Source: Candidatus Acidiferrales bacterium
GTDB taxonomy: Bacteria > Vulcanimicrobiota > Vulcanimicrobiia > Vulcanimicrobiales > Vulcanimicrobiaceae
Assembly: GCA_035484815.1 (NCBI GenBank)
Contig: DATHOO010000046.1
Coordinates: 3,850-67,849 of the forward strand
Direction of reading: 5' to 3'
Length of the DNA: 64,000 nucleotides
Shown: positions 35,801-44,702 of the stretch, one piece after another
Layout of the letters: each line of letters starts with the position of its first letter
Numbering within the stretch: the stretch's first letter is position 1
The notes under the pieces: model-generated
The model's database searches: none
What the model was told of the DNA's origin: nothing
Seen by the model: the letters and a program-made list of their open reading frames with translations, nothing else
Position numbers and translations under genes: made by a program

Positions 35801-36786
35801 CGCTCGATCTGCATCCGGGTTGGAACGACGTCGACTTCACCTTCCATCCCGGCAACGGCGAACGTAGCGATCTCGGACCGGGCGTGATCTCCGCGGCCGT
35901 CGCGCCGGACCTCTCGTTTACGCGAATCGCCGCTGCATCGGTCGCAGCAGGTTCCGGTGCGGCCGATCCGTCGTTCACTTCGGTCGCGCTGACGAATCCT
36001 CGGGCCGGCCTTACCGGCGACCCAGAGGTGATGGGCAGCGTTACCGGCACCGCGAACCGAGGCGTTTCGATTGCGATCGCCCTCTCCGACCGTAACGGGC
36101 GCATTCTCTATCGACTCTTTCCTATCGCACGTGACGGCGCGTTCGATATCAATTTCATGCACGCGTTCCCGAACGATTGGAACGACGTCTCACGCCGTGT
36201 CGTGGGGATCTGGCTCATCGGACGCGGCAATCACCCGCGATTCTCTACGCTCTTCTACGCGGTGCATGCGATGCCGGCTCGCGCGCTCCGGCGGCCGCAG
36301 TCGCTGACGTCGCTTCCCATCCGCATCGATGGCCGACTGGTCGGTAGTGCGCCGGTATTTCTCACCGGTGGCACGCACAAGGTCGTCAGCGCCGACAAGC
36401 AGGTGAAGATCGGTCTGCTGACGCTCAATCCCGTCACGTTGCCGCGAACGCGCGACTTTGGGCTGGTTTGGCAACGGCGCTCGCCGACCGCCATCGAGGT
36501 TACTTCGAAGAGCACGGCGACGCCGTTTCTGCTCGTTTTCGGCGAAGCGTATCATCCGGAGTGGCAAGCCACGTACGACGGCCAGGTGCTTCCGCACGTG
36601 ATCGTCGACGGTGTCGACAACGGCTGGATCGTTCCCAGCCTGCCCGACGGCGGGCAGATCTCGCTGAAGTTCAACGGACAACTGCCTTACGTGATTTCGG
36701 GGGCGATCTCGGTCATCGCGCTGATCATCATGATCGTTCTTGCATGGTCGCCCGACTTGTGGCCGGTGCGGACGAAAAATCCTTGA
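32863..36786 (+). CDS. Very large GT-C-type membrane glycosyltransferase, AftD/DUF3367-like, putative
   Basis: 1307 aa. GTGA overlap with the GT9 gene. Polytopic N-terminal third (INPLKFLGSLLHAWNPALALGTHTGFWVPYQTPYTW...), a long soluble beta-rich region and a C-terminal TM anchor. This architecture resembles mycobacterial AftD. Confidence 0.6.
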   Translation: MKEQTADGAPPGVQARRPGLRAPALDLSLPAALQRWFVPSLFVALALLVTTGYGSGVQLNDGQAALHINPLKFLGSLLHAWNPALALGTHTGFWVPYQTPYTWAYGLAQLLHIPQDLAQHAAVFLVYLGCLWAMYYCLRSIAPWLDEVSRIAGSCAYLFNMYVALNSQAQIVWLLTYATLPAMVGVMARAMRGEMNIWRAALAIALLVLVGGGVNPPLVAINVVVLALYIVVAIAFDPKPVAAINRTLPIVAAASIAVVAINLYWIVPFIDYFRGVWLNGVLSEAPSMHNAATSFANVLRGLGHWATFVSFAGRAYFPWAASYASGLFGALLWFVPIVAFGGIAFRRNQRPATLYFLLVTLISVPIVVGYYHGELGNAVTAPIYDQFYRNVPGFQMFRFSYKWVAGVEFGISGLFALACYAIVGALRDAMSKLTDGERRTWDWAIPAARTAFIVLPILIFVPVLTNKMNYPGQVIPGWEYRESALVGNDPTHRVALFPTQFLEQFDWGNPQFYIEDSLLDRPLIYGLLGSEPSEGTDLWVRRAYRATREGLPFAADMFRVMGVDTILQRDDFIPAIDFSSPGEWRFNSTTLTHDLIHRVLGAAPVRSDGPTHVYHLGAALPLFYGVTHPVLNALPTFSDALLGDVGAMASGKAEFDAPNRTVDEFSGSLDGLSPILPGSPDQQRDLAVNQALTHGIRVHPPSADAAWMTNFNVKRSGVYSIFVLDQALLFAKPPPQTLIVDGQYLSLENSGGAWTQFNNVFLSAGSHWVSDGYLDPNLVVGIVDADDLKMWEDRVQALVSASPQNLAPSDLVYGSKASIDVPTSGRYRVAATAIGSYGPDGVVRTQLVHGSAYRGAFPATLSTTLPYVFGDGVIATSPILMPAQWYRSDPTAYEWQRGDPVSWFLFARDSHVRVFVPGGNGVRSRVAMRVSRLQIGGTLTVTVKGGAPQSVALPGPPAGPQQFDAIDHLDGPVPTAIAFTLDLHPGWNDVDFTFHPGNGERSDLGPGVISAAVAPDLSFTRIAAASVAAGSGAADPSFTSVALTNPRAGLTGDPEVMGSVTGTANRGVSIAIALSDRNGRILYRLFPIARDGAFDINFMHAFPNDWNDVSRRVVGIWLIGRGNHPRFSTLFYAVHAMPARALRRPQSLTSLPIRIDGRLVGSAPVFLTGGTHKVVSADKQVKIGLLTLNPVTLPRTRDFGLVWQRRSPTAIEVTSKSTATPFLLVFGEAYHPEWQATYDGQVLPHVIVDGVDNGWIVPSLPDGGQISLKFNGQLPYVISGAISVIALIIMIVLAWSPDLWPVRTKNP

Positions 36787-37580
36787 AATCTTCGAGCGTC
36801 GGTTGGGTGCTAGGGCACGCGCTGCGAATCGCGGCCGCCACGGCGGTGATCGCCCTCATCCTGGCTACGACGCTCCAAGGTGTCGCCGCCGAACGTTTGG
36901 CCACGACGGCATATTTGGCCGCGATCTTTGCGGCGATTGCACTGGCAATTCAGCGTTTTCTTCCTGCCGAGGATCCACCGCCGGCGACGCAGCCGTTCCC
37001 GGCATTCCTCACGTTTTTCGTAACCGTCGCACTCCTCATCGGCCTCGCCGCGATGCTGGTCTCTGATCCGGGCGCGGAAACGATCCTCGTCGCCGTCTGC
37101 TTCGGGATCGTCGGTTTAGCGGTGCTCATCCGCAGCGGAAACCTCGCGGCGCTCAACTCGGTGCTCATTCGCGGAGGCCGAGTCGAGGCGACCGCGCGAT
37201 ACGCCGTGGCCATCGGGGTCTTCGCGCTCGTGCTCGCCGCGATGCTCCCGGCCGATCTCGCGGGCGGCGCTGCCAATATTGCGTATCGTCTGATGATCCT
37301 TGCGGGCGTGTTCTTTGCTGCTCTGCTTATCGCTCCCACCCCGGCCGGTCTCTTCCTGAAGCAACGCTTCGAGCAGTTCCGGACGTGGTTTGATGAACTC
37401 GCCCAGGCCCTCGTCTTCAAACGCGCGGCCAGCTCGGCGGCCGTCGTTGCCGCGGCGCTGCTAGTAGCCGCTAGCCTTTTACCGCACGTCTACGCGGAAC
37501 CATTGGCAGTCGCAGCATACCTGGCCGCCGGCGTGGCGGTCGTCTGCATCGCCGTGGAGTGCCGGCGGCTACGCGAATAA
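36783..37580 (+). CDS. Ala-rich polytopic membrane protein, unknown function
   Basis: Start moved to TTG 36783 (TTGA overlap with the previous stop). The track start at 36468 lies inside the upstream gene. About 265 aa with 6-7 predicted TM helices. Confidence 0.5.
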   Translation: MKSSSVGWVLGHALRIAAATAVIALILATTLQGVAAERLATTAYLAAIFAAIALAIQRFLPAEDPPPATQPFPAFLTFFVTVALLIGLAAMLVSDPGAETILVAVCFGIVGLAVLIRSGNLAALNSVLIRGGRVEATARYAVAIGVFALVLAAMLPADLAGGAANIAYRLMILAGVFFAALLIAPTPAGLFLKQRFEQFRTWFDELAQALVFKRAASSAAVVAAALLVAASLLPHVYAEPLAVAAYLAAGVAVVCIAVECRRLRE

Positions 37581-39802
37581 CGAGGCTGGTGGCCTTTGCG
37601 GCTGCACTCGTTTTTGGCGCTTTCATCGTCGCCAAAGGTATACCGACCCTTCGTCACGATTGGAGTTGGCCGATCGATCGGACCGCGATCGGATCGTTCC
37701 TCGACGAATCGGTGCAAGGATGGCTATCCACGGGCTTCGGTACTCCCAATCCGCATCCAACGACGTATCTGATCGGACCGCCCATCGCCGCTGCCATGTG
37801 GATCGCCGGCCCGCTGGCTGCACTCTTCCTCTTCGCCGCCCTTACCGGATACGTTTGCACGGCGTGCGCGATGCGCGCGGCGTTACGCTGGAACGCCGCG
37901 CTGCCGGCGGCGCTCGGAATCGGACTCTTCGCGGTTTTCAACCCGTGGGTCTATAACGAGGTCGTCGCGGGACATCTCGTCATGGTGCTCGCGTACGGCG
38001 CAGTCCTGGGACTGATAACCGAGATGACGCGCGGCGCGCATGCTTCAACGCTTCGCCTTACGTTGTGGATCGCGCTGATCCAAGCGCAGCTGCAGCTTTT
38101 CATACTGGCGATGTTGGCGCTCGTAATCTTTGCGGTCGCGACGAAGAAATGGCAGCCGCCGCTGGCCGGGATCTTCTTCGCACTGCCGTCGATTATCGGT
38201 CTCGTTGCGGAGCGCGGCTCGCTTCTGCAGACGCCTTACAGTGTGACGTGGCAGACCAACCAATCGCTGGAACCAGTGGCCCTGCTCGGTCTCGGCGGAT
38301 ACTTCCCGGGCTACGCCGACCGCCTTGGCGTCATCGCGAACGCAGCAGTATGGGTAATGCTCGCGCTCGCGCTCGTCGGTTTGGTTCTCGGGCGGCGGCC
38401 GCGAGTCGCCGGCTGGGCGCTCTTCGCCGCCGTCACACTTTATGTAGCGGCCTTGGGAGTCTACGGACCGTTCGCCGGTGCCTACGAATGGATCGTCCGA
38501 AACGTTCCGGTAAGCGGCGTTTTTCGCGAGCTGTACGATTTAGCCGGCTGCTTAGCGGCGGTGGTCATCGTGCTCGCGAGCATCGCGGTGGCACGCGTTT
38601 GGCAGCTAGGATACCTCGCGCTGGCCGCCGGCGTCGCACTCCCAATTCTGTGGCTGGTGCGGCCACCGAGCGATCTTTGGGTCGGCGCGGGCGCCTATCC
38701 GCATCCCGACATTCGCGCTCCGGCCTTTGCGCGCGTCGCATTTTCGCCCGCCTTCCAGCCGCTGGCCTTACGCAACGGCGACGGCGGCGGGGCCGATCCC
38801 AACGTACATCTCTATCCAGGTCCGGTCGCGCCGTTGAATCAGTATTTTCCGACCTATCCCGTGGATATGGCGCTGGCGCGCTACGAGCAATCGGGTGAGA
38901 CCGAAGACTTGCGCGCGCTCGGTGTCGCCGAGATCGTAAACCGGCCTTGGCTTGTCTCGGTCACTCGTGGCGAGATCGGACTGGCTGCACGATCGTTGCA
39001 GGTGCGCGCGCCTCGCGCCTCGCCACAGGCGTTTCGTTTCCTCAATGCGGTGACGCCGCTGATTTCCACGTGTGATGCAGCGCGCGTCGTTACGCTCAGC
39101 GAGCGTTTGGGCACCTGCGATCTTTTCTTTGGCGACGTCCCGGGTTATGCATCGGTTCGTCCGATCGTCGCGGCGAGCGATTCGATCGATCCGCGAATCG
39201 CCTGGATCGACGCGCGGCTCGTTTTTGCCAAGGTTCCCGATCTCGCGCAAGCCTTCGGCGGTGCCATGACGCAGTCACGCCTTCCATATCGGGTCGAGTC
39301 GCCCGCGTGGCTGCTCGTCTATGTGCGCGGAAAGTTGACTGCAGCGCAGGGACAAGCGCTCTTCGAGAGCGCGGGGGCGTTTACGTGGTTGCCGATTCCC
39401 GCTTCGGTCGCATCGGTCGTCTGCGAAGGCTTATGTGCCCTTATCGCGCAGACGCCGGCGCTTCCGAATCGTTCGCCCGCCCCGCCGGCGCACGTCCAAG
39501 CCGCAACCTTTGCGCGCCTCGCGTCTTGGCTCTACGTCGTGAGCATCGGCAACGATTCAGGGCGCCTCCTTCGTCTCGACGAACGCTACGATCGGGCGTG
39601 GACCGCGATCGCAGCGTTGCACGTTCTGCCGCACGTGCGCGTGGACGCTACGGTCAACGGCTGGTTCGTTTCGAGCGGTCCTTCACGCGTGATCCTGCTG
39701 CAGGTTACCGCATTGTTGCAGTTGATTGCCGAAGCGCTAGGGGTTCTGTACGCGATCTACCTCTTGAAGGCACTCGTCCGCGAGCCGACGAAGCGCGCGT
39801 AA
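37559..39802 (+). CDS. Large polytopic membrane protein with a C-terminal soluble domain (GT-C-like), unknown function
   Basis: 747 aa. The N-terminal 380 aa are hydrophobic helices. RHDWSWPIDRTAIGSFLDESVQGWLSTGFG resembles the opening loop of the AftD-like neighbour. C-terminal TM anchor. Confidence 0.6.
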   Translation: MPAATRITRLVAFAAALVFGAFIVAKGIPTLRHDWSWPIDRTAIGSFLDESVQGWLSTGFGTPNPHPTTYLIGPPIAAAMWIAGPLAALFLFAALTGYVCTACAMRAALRWNAALPAALGIGLFAVFNPWVYNEVVAGHLVMVLAYGAVLGLITEMTRGAHASTLRLTLWIALIQAQLQLFILAMLALVIFAVATKKWQPPLAGIFFALPSIIGLVAERGSLLQTPYSVTWQTNQSLEPVALLGLGGYFPGYADRLGVIANAAVWVMLALALVGLVLGRRPRVAGWALFAAVTLYVAALGVYGPFAGAYEWIVRNVPVSGVFRELYDLAGCLAAVVIVLASIAVARVWQLGYLALAAGVALPILWLVRPPSDLWVGAGAYPHPDIRAPAFARVAFSPAFQPLALRNGDGGGADPNVHLYPGPVAPLNQYFPTYPVDMALARYEQSGETEDLRALGVAEIVNRPWLVSVTRGEIGLAARSLQVRAPRASPQAFRFLNAVTPLISTCDAARVVTLSERLGTCDLFFGDVPGYASVRPIVAASDSIDPRIAWIDARLVFAKVPDLAQAFGGAMTQSRLPYRVESPAWLLVYVRGKLTAAQGQALFESAGAFTWLPIPASVASVVCEGLCALIAQTPALPNRSPAPPAHVQAATFARLASWLYVVSIGNDSGRLLRLDERYDRAWTAIAALHVLPHVRVDATVNGWFVSSGPSRVILLQVTALLQLIAEALGVLYAIYLLKALVREPTKRA

Positions 39803-39805
39803 GTC

Positions 39806-40921
39806 ATGGGCGTTCCATTCGTAGATTTACGCGCGCAGTACGGCACGATTCGGGACGAGGTCGTTCCCCGCATCATGCAGGTGATGGAGAACCAGAGTTT
39901 CGTTCTCGGCCCGGAGGTGGCGCGTTTTGAAGAGCACTTTGCGACCTATGTCGGAGCGCGCTACTGCATCGGCGTTGAATCGGGGACCGGGGCGCTCAAG
40001 CTCGCCTTACAGGCCCTAGGAATCGGTCCGGGTGACGAGGTCATCATACCGGTCAATACGTTTATCGCTTCGGCGCTTGCGGTTTCCGCGGTCGGCGCGC
40101 GCCCAGTGCTGGTCGAGGCAGACGATGCGTACTTGATTGATTCAGGCTTGCTTGAAGCCGCGCTGACGCCGCGCACAAAGGCGATCATGCCGGTGCACCT
40201 TTACGGCCAGGCCGTTCCGATGGACGCGATCGAAACGTTTGCGCGGCGGCATGGTCTGCGCGTCGTGGAAGATGCCAGCCAAGCGCATGGGGCACGCTGG
40301 CGCGGGCGGCGCGTCGGGAGTTTTGGCGATGCCGGCTGCTTCAGCTTCTATCCCAGCAAGAACCTCGGTGCATACGGCGACGCCGGCGCGATCCTCACCA
40401 GCGATCCCGAGCTTGCGGATCGTCTGCGCTTGCTGCGCGATCTGGGTCAGCCCAAGAAGTACGAGCATATCGTCAAGGGAGATAACTGCCGCCTTGACGC
40501 ACTTCAGGCCGCGGTTCTCGACGCAAAGCTGCCGTATTTAGATGGCTGGAACGATGCTCGCAGGCGCCATGCCGACGCGTACGACGCGAAGCTTTCCGAG
40601 ATCGGCATCACGCCGCCGAAACGTTTGCACGATGAAGGACACGTCTACCACGTCTACGTCATCGAGCTCGAGAACCGCGATCGCGTGCAAGCGATCTTGG
40701 GCGAGCGCGGCATTGCCACGGCCGTCCACTATCCCATACCAATTCATTTGCAAACCGCCTACGCGGACCTGGGCTTAGGGCGCGGCTCGTTCGAGCGTAC
40801 CGAGCGCAGCGCCAACCGAGTACTCTCGCTCCCGATGTTTGCGGAGCTTAGCGATGAGCAGATCGATCTCGTGGTAGATGCGCTTGCAAGTTCCAAGGCT
40901 CTAGCGGTTAGCAGCGCATAG
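39806..40921 (+). CDS. DegT/DnrJ/EryC1/StrS-family sugar aminotransferase
   Basis: 371 aa. FVDLRAQYGTIRDEV, DASQAHGA, and FSFYPSKNLGAYGDAGAI (PLP lysine) motifs. Confidence 0.9.
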   Translation: MGVPFVDLRAQYGTIRDEVVPRIMQVMENQSFVLGPEVARFEEHFATYVGARYCIGVESGTGALKLALQALGIGPGDEVIIPVNTFIASALAVSAVGARPVLVEADDAYLIDSGLLEAALTPRTKAIMPVHLYGQAVPMDAIETFARRHGLRVVEDASQAHGARWRGRRVGSFGDAGCFSFYPSKNLGAYGDAGAILTSDPELADRLRLLRDLGQPKKYEHIVKGDNCRLDALQAAVLDAKLPYLDGWNDARRRHADAYDAKLSEIGITPPKRLHDEGHVYHVYVIELENRDRVQAILGERGIATAVHYPIPIHLQTAYADLGLGRGSFERTERSANRVLSLPMFAELSDEQIDLVVDALASSKALAVSSA

Positions 40922-40955
40922 CAGCTATCTGTCCTAACGCAACAGGTCACAAGTC

Positions 40956-41972
40956 ATGGAGCGAACGCCGCTTGGTGTAGCCGTGGTCGGAGCGGGTTAC
41001 TGGGGACCCAACCTGGTCCGAAACTTTTACTCATCAGATGACTGGTCTGTCCGCTGCGTCATCGAACCCGATCGTGGCAGACGCGAGCGTCTAACCCGTT
41101 TTTATCCTTCGATCGCCGGTTACGCCGAAATCGACGCCGCACTCGAGGACCCGCGGGTCGATGCGGTGGCGCTGGCGACGCCGCCGCGCACGCACTACCC
41201 CCTGGCGGTGCGCGCGATCGAGGCCGGGAAGCACGTGCTCGTCGAAAAGCCACTCGCGGAGACCTTCCGGGACGCGCAAGACCTCTGCGAGCGTGCCCAG
41301 CGCGCCGGTCTTTGCCTTCTAGCCGATCACACGTTCCTTTATACCGGCTCGGCCGAGAAGCTGCGCGCGCTGCGAGAGGCCGGAGATCTGGGCAAGGTCT
41401 ACTACATCGATTCCGTTCGAGTTAATCTCGGTCTCTTTCAGGAAAGCAATGTCCTTTGGGACCTCGCGCCGCACGATATCGCGACCATTAACTACCTTTT
41501 AGACGACATGCCGAGCTCGGTGGCGCTCGTGCTCGGAAGTTGCGTGCACGCAAAGACTCCCGATGTCGCCTTTCTAACGATGTGGTACCCGAGCGGTTGC
41601 CTCGCGCACGTGCACCTGAGCTGGCTCTCGCCGGTCAAGGTTCGCCGCACGATGGTCTCGGGGAGCCGCAAGATGGCGGTCTGGGACGACCTCGAGCCGA
41701 CCGAGAAAATTTACATCTACGACAAAGGGGTCGTCCTCGATCCGTCGAGCTCGACGCTCGAGCAGCAGATGGTCTCGTATCGTCTCGGAGATGTGCACGT
41801 TCCGCTGATCGACAATCGCGAAGCGCTCGCAAAATTGGTTGCGGATTTTGCCGCGGCCATTCGAAGCGGTTCGCCGCCTCGCTCCGATGGTGCGTTTGGC
41901 GCGGGCGTCGTGCGCGTGATCGAAGCGGCGATACGTTCGGCCGACGCCGGCGGCGCGAAGGTTGACGTGTGA
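40956..41972 (+). CDS. Gfo/Idh/MocA-family NAD(P)-dependent sugar oxidoreductase
   Basis: 338 aa. Rossmann N-terminus GVAVVGAGYWGPNLVRN and VLVEKPLA. Confidence 0.85.
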   Translation: MERTPLGVAVVGAGYWGPNLVRNFYSSDDWSVRCVIEPDRGRRERLTRFYPSIAGYAEIDAALEDPRVDAVALATPPRTHYPLAVRAIEAGKHVLVEKPLAETFRDAQDLCERAQRAGLCLLADHTFLYTGSAEKLRALREAGDLGKVYYIDSVRVNLGLFQESNVLWDLAPHDIATINYLLDDMPSSVALVLGSCVHAKTPDVAFLTMWYPSGCLAHVHLSWLSPVKVRRTMVSGSRKMAVWDDLEPTEKIYIYDKGVVLDPSSSTLEQQMVSYRLGDVHVPLIDNREALAKLVADFAAAIRSGSPPRSDGAFGAGVVRVIEAAIRSADAGGAKVDV

Positions 41973-42958
41973 CGACGGGCGAGCCGCTCCGTTTTTCGCT
42001 GCTGCTTCCGACGTTGAACGAAGCGTGGCGTCTGCGGGCGGTGCTCGATTCGATTCAGCGCCAGCGCTATCCACCCGAAGCGATCGAGCTGCTCGTCGCC
42101 GACGGCGGATCGAGCGACGAGACGGTTGCGATCGCGAGCGCATTCGGTGCTCGCGTTTTTCACAATCCGATCGGGCGTGCCGAGCCCGGCGCGGGAATGC
42201 TGTTAGGGAGAGCTACCGGCGATGTCGCCATGTGGCTCGCCGCCGACAATGCTTTTTCCAGCGAAGACTTTCTCGAGAAGATGGCGCGCGCGTTTGCAGA
42301 TCCCAATGTCGGCGCCGCCTTCCCGAGTCTCGTCAGCACCGCGCGGGACGGCCGGACGACCCGTTACTTCAACGCCTTTAGCGACCCGTTCAATCACTTC
42401 ATCTACGGGGGCGCAACGTCGCCGGCTTCATATCATCGCACGTACTCCGTGAGACGGCGGACCGCCGACTACGTCATTTACGATTTTGCATCGGGCCCGC
42501 GCCCGCTGATCGCGCTGGCGCAGGGCTTCACGATTCGCCTGCCTTATCGCAAGCCGGCGGGAACCGACGAAGACGATGTGGCACCGGTCGAGGCGTTGCT
42601 CGACGACGGTTGCGAGCTTGCTTTTGTGGGACGCGCCGCTCTCGAGCATCACACGGTCGGCGGTATCGGCGATGCATTACGCAAATTCGGGCCCCGCTTT
42701 CGCGCTCGCATGACCGACTCGGCGATACCGGTCTGGGGGCGATTGCGGACGCGCAGCCGCGCGCATCGTTCTCGCGCCTATCTTTGGCCCTTCTATTCCG
42801 TCAGCTTTGTCTTCCCGGCGGTGATGGCCGTTTACGGATTACTCCGTGATCGGCGCCGCGAATGGCTCTATCATCCGTTCGTGAGCGCGGCCTTCGGTTT
42901 CGAGTTTTGGAAACAGGCGAGCTTCGTCGGCTTGACGCGGCTCAAGGGAGGTTCCTAA
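41969..42958 (+). CDS. GT2-family glycosyltransferase
   Basis: 329 aa. FSLLLPTLNEAWRLRAVLDSIQRQRYPPEAIELLVADGGSSDETV. GTGA overlap with the upstream gene. Confidence 0.8.
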   Translation: MTTGEPLRFSLLLPTLNEAWRLRAVLDSIQRQRYPPEAIELLVADGGSSDETVAIASAFGARVFHNPIGRAEPGAGMLLGRATGDVAMWLAADNAFSSEDFLEKMARAFADPNVGAAFPSLVSTARDGRTTRYFNAFSDPFNHFIYGGATSPASYHRTYSVRRRTADYVIYDFASGPRPLIALAQGFTIRLPYRKPAGTDEDDVAPVEALLDDGCELAFVGRAALEHHTVGGIGDALRKFGPRFRARMTDSAIPVWGRLRTRSRAHRSRAYLWPFYSVSFVFPAVMAVYGLLRDRRREWLYHPFVSAAFGFEFWKQASFVGLTRLKGGS

Positions 42959-43948
42959 GCGCATGGTGCCCTCGCGGTCCTCGAAAATCTCGCTCCAGTA
43001 ACGCATCATCGTCACGCCGTCTTTATGGCGGCCCAGCAGATCCGGTAATGGTGTGCCTTCCACGAGGTCGATCAGCAGCGACGCGAAGTTGATTCCCGCC
43101 GCCGTCGTAAGCGCAAGCGTGCCCGAGAACCGCGGGTTCATCTCGATGATCGAGAAGCTTCCATCGGCTCGAAGCATCCCTTGCACGTTGGCCGGTCCGT
43201 GCAGCGCGCTCCGCTCGACCACCTCGCGCGCGATCGCTTCGATCGCGGGATGGCGGTAGGTGCGTCCCTTCACCGAGACGCCGGCCTTGATCGCGATGCG
43301 TTCGCGCGGCACCGCCGCCACGACTCGGCCCGGCGCTGCCGCGAAACAGTCCACGGTGAACTCGGTACCGGCAACGGCCTCTTGCACGATCAGGTCGCTT
43401 CGGCCGCCGGCGGTTTCATGCAGTGAGTGCAAGCTCTCGACGCGCGCCGTGCCGACCGAACCCGAGCCGCGTCGCGGTTTCAGATAGACCGGGAAGTGGT
43501 CGACGGTAATCGCAGCCGCGTAGCGTTGCGTTGCCGGCCCCGGAATGCCGATCTCGCTCAGGAAACTCGCGAACTCGAGTTTGTCGCCGGTGCGCTCGAA
43601 GATTTCGCGCGGCGGTAACACGAGGCGGCAGCCGATTGAATCGAAGAGCGGGCGCTGCGCGTCGATCGGTGGGAACTCGCTCTCGACGATCAGCGGCACG
43701 AGCAGATCGATCTGCATGCGCGCGGCTGCCTCGGCGCATCGCTGCGCAAAATCGCCGGCGCCGGCCCGCGGAAGCAGGACGAACTCATCGACGAAGGCGC
43801 GCGTCGCGTTAAGCGCGTCCATGTCGCCGGCTGCAATAAAGTCGACCCGGCCATCCTCGCGCAGTGCCTTGATCAGCGATTGCGCCGTGACGGTCCCGGC
43901 GGCAGTGATCATGACGCGCCGCACCGGGCGCCCCTGCTTATCGGGCAT
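42839..43948 (-). CDS. ATP-grasp domain ligase (carbamoyl-phosphate-synthase-like fold)
   Basis: RVMITAAGTVTAQSLIKAL..., FPVYLKPRRGSGSVG, and IIEMNPRFSG motifs. The start is either ATG 43948 (MPDKQG) or 43999. The last 120 nt overlap the convergent GT2 gene. Confidence 0.75.
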   Translation of the reverse strand: MPDKQGRPVRRVMITAAGTVTAQSLIKALREDGRVDFIAAGDMDALNATRAFVDEFVLLPRAGAGDFAQRCAEAAARMQIDLLVPLIVESEFPPIDAQRPLFDSIGCRLVLPPREIFERTGDKLEFASFLSEIGIPGPATQRYAAAITVDHFPVYLKPRRGSGSVGTARVESLHSLHETAGGRSDLIVQEAVAGTEFTVDCFAAAPGRVVAAVPRERIAIKAGVSVKGRTYRHPAIEAIAREVVERSALHGPANVQGMLRADGSFSIIEMNPRFSGTLALTTAAGINFASLLIDLVEGTPLPDLLGRHKDGVTMMRYWSEIFEDREGTMRLGTSLEPRQADEARLFPKLETEGRAHERMIEPFAAPITE

Positions 43949-44216
43949 CGTGCGGATACCAATGCAGCCTGAGGTCATTGCGACCAATCGGGCCGGCATG
44001 ATGGAAGATGAAAAATCGGCTATCGGGTCCCACGTATACCGTTTCGTTCGTTAGCGGATCCTGGCCGTAGAAAACCACCGAGTTCGTTGCTCGATCGTAG
44101 ACCGCGCGCCAATGATATCCGGAAGGTAAATGCGTGTAGTCGTAGTGTGTGGTCGACGTGCAGCTCGCGAGGAGCCAGATGAACGCGAAACAGACTCTCT
44201 TCGCCGCTGACGAAAC
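43938..44216 (-). CDS. Possible small lipoprotein; start codon unresolved
   Basis: Reading frame encodes ...AAKRVCFAFIWLLASC (good lipobox, Cys codon at 44162..44160) followed by about 75 aa. No in-frame ATG, GTG, TTG or CTG lies between the upstream stop (44218) and the signal peptide. The end overlaps the ATP-grasp ATG at 43948. Confidence 0.3.
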   Translation of the reverse strand, partial: VSSAAKRVCFAFIWLLASCTSTTHYDYTHLPSGYHWRAVYDRATNSVVFYGQDPLTNETVYVGPDSRFFIFHHAGPIGRNDLRLHWYPHDAR

Positions 44217-44217
44217 C

Positions 44218-44688
44218 TCAGTAGGACCGCACGTTGCGCAAGCCCGCCGCCTTGAATGCCGCGGCGATCGCTTGCGCGTTCGTGCCGGCGTCGGGATAGA
44301 GCACGACCGCGCGTCCCTCGTTGACGGCGTCGCCAAAGTTGTCGACCTCGTCCGATGGAATCGGAAAGGCTGCGAAGTAACGCCTCGAAGCGTTCTCAGG
44401 GTGCGCGAACTCTCCCAGCGTAGCCTGCCGCCCGCCGATTCCCGGCACGTTGGTGCCGGTCTCGTCCCAGACTCCAACACCCTGCGTCATGTCGTCGGAG
44501 AGCGAGTTCGCTTCCATATCCTCGATGACGTCGACGAACTCGAGTTGCGATGCTTCGGCGTCGCCGGAAGGCAACACGGAGCTAACGACCTTCACCTTGC
44601 TCAGGTCGAGCTGCTGCGCCGAGAGAGCGCTTTCGAGCGCTTTGGGATCCGCTTCCGGAAAGATGCCGACGACTAAGCCTTCTGCCAC
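44218..44688 (-). CDS. Hypothetical acidic protein
   Basis: 156 aa. MAEGLVVGIFPEADPKALESAL... and ...GRAVVLYPDAGTNAQAIAAAFKAAGLRNV. No confident family; vaguely like a general-stress domain. Confidence 0.55.
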   Translation of the reverse strand: MAEGLVVGIFPEADPKALESALSAQQLDLSKVKVVSSVLPSGDAEASQLEFVDVIEDMEANSLSDDMTQGVGVWDETGTNVPGIGGRQATLGEFAHPENASRRYFAAFPIPSDEVDNFGDAVNEGRAVVLYPDAGTNAQAIAAAFKAAGLRNVRSY

Positions 44689-44702
44689 GCGCGTGGGCTC
44701 CT

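Noticed and set aside
42839-42958. The 120-nt convergent overlap of the ATP-grasp and GT2 genes as evidence for a functional antisense arrangement.
   Set aside because: The ATP-grasp conserved core seems to end about 45 codons before its stop. The tail is probably a fortuitous open extension on the antisense strand of a GC-rich gene. It is noted within a finding but not treated as a regulatory feature.
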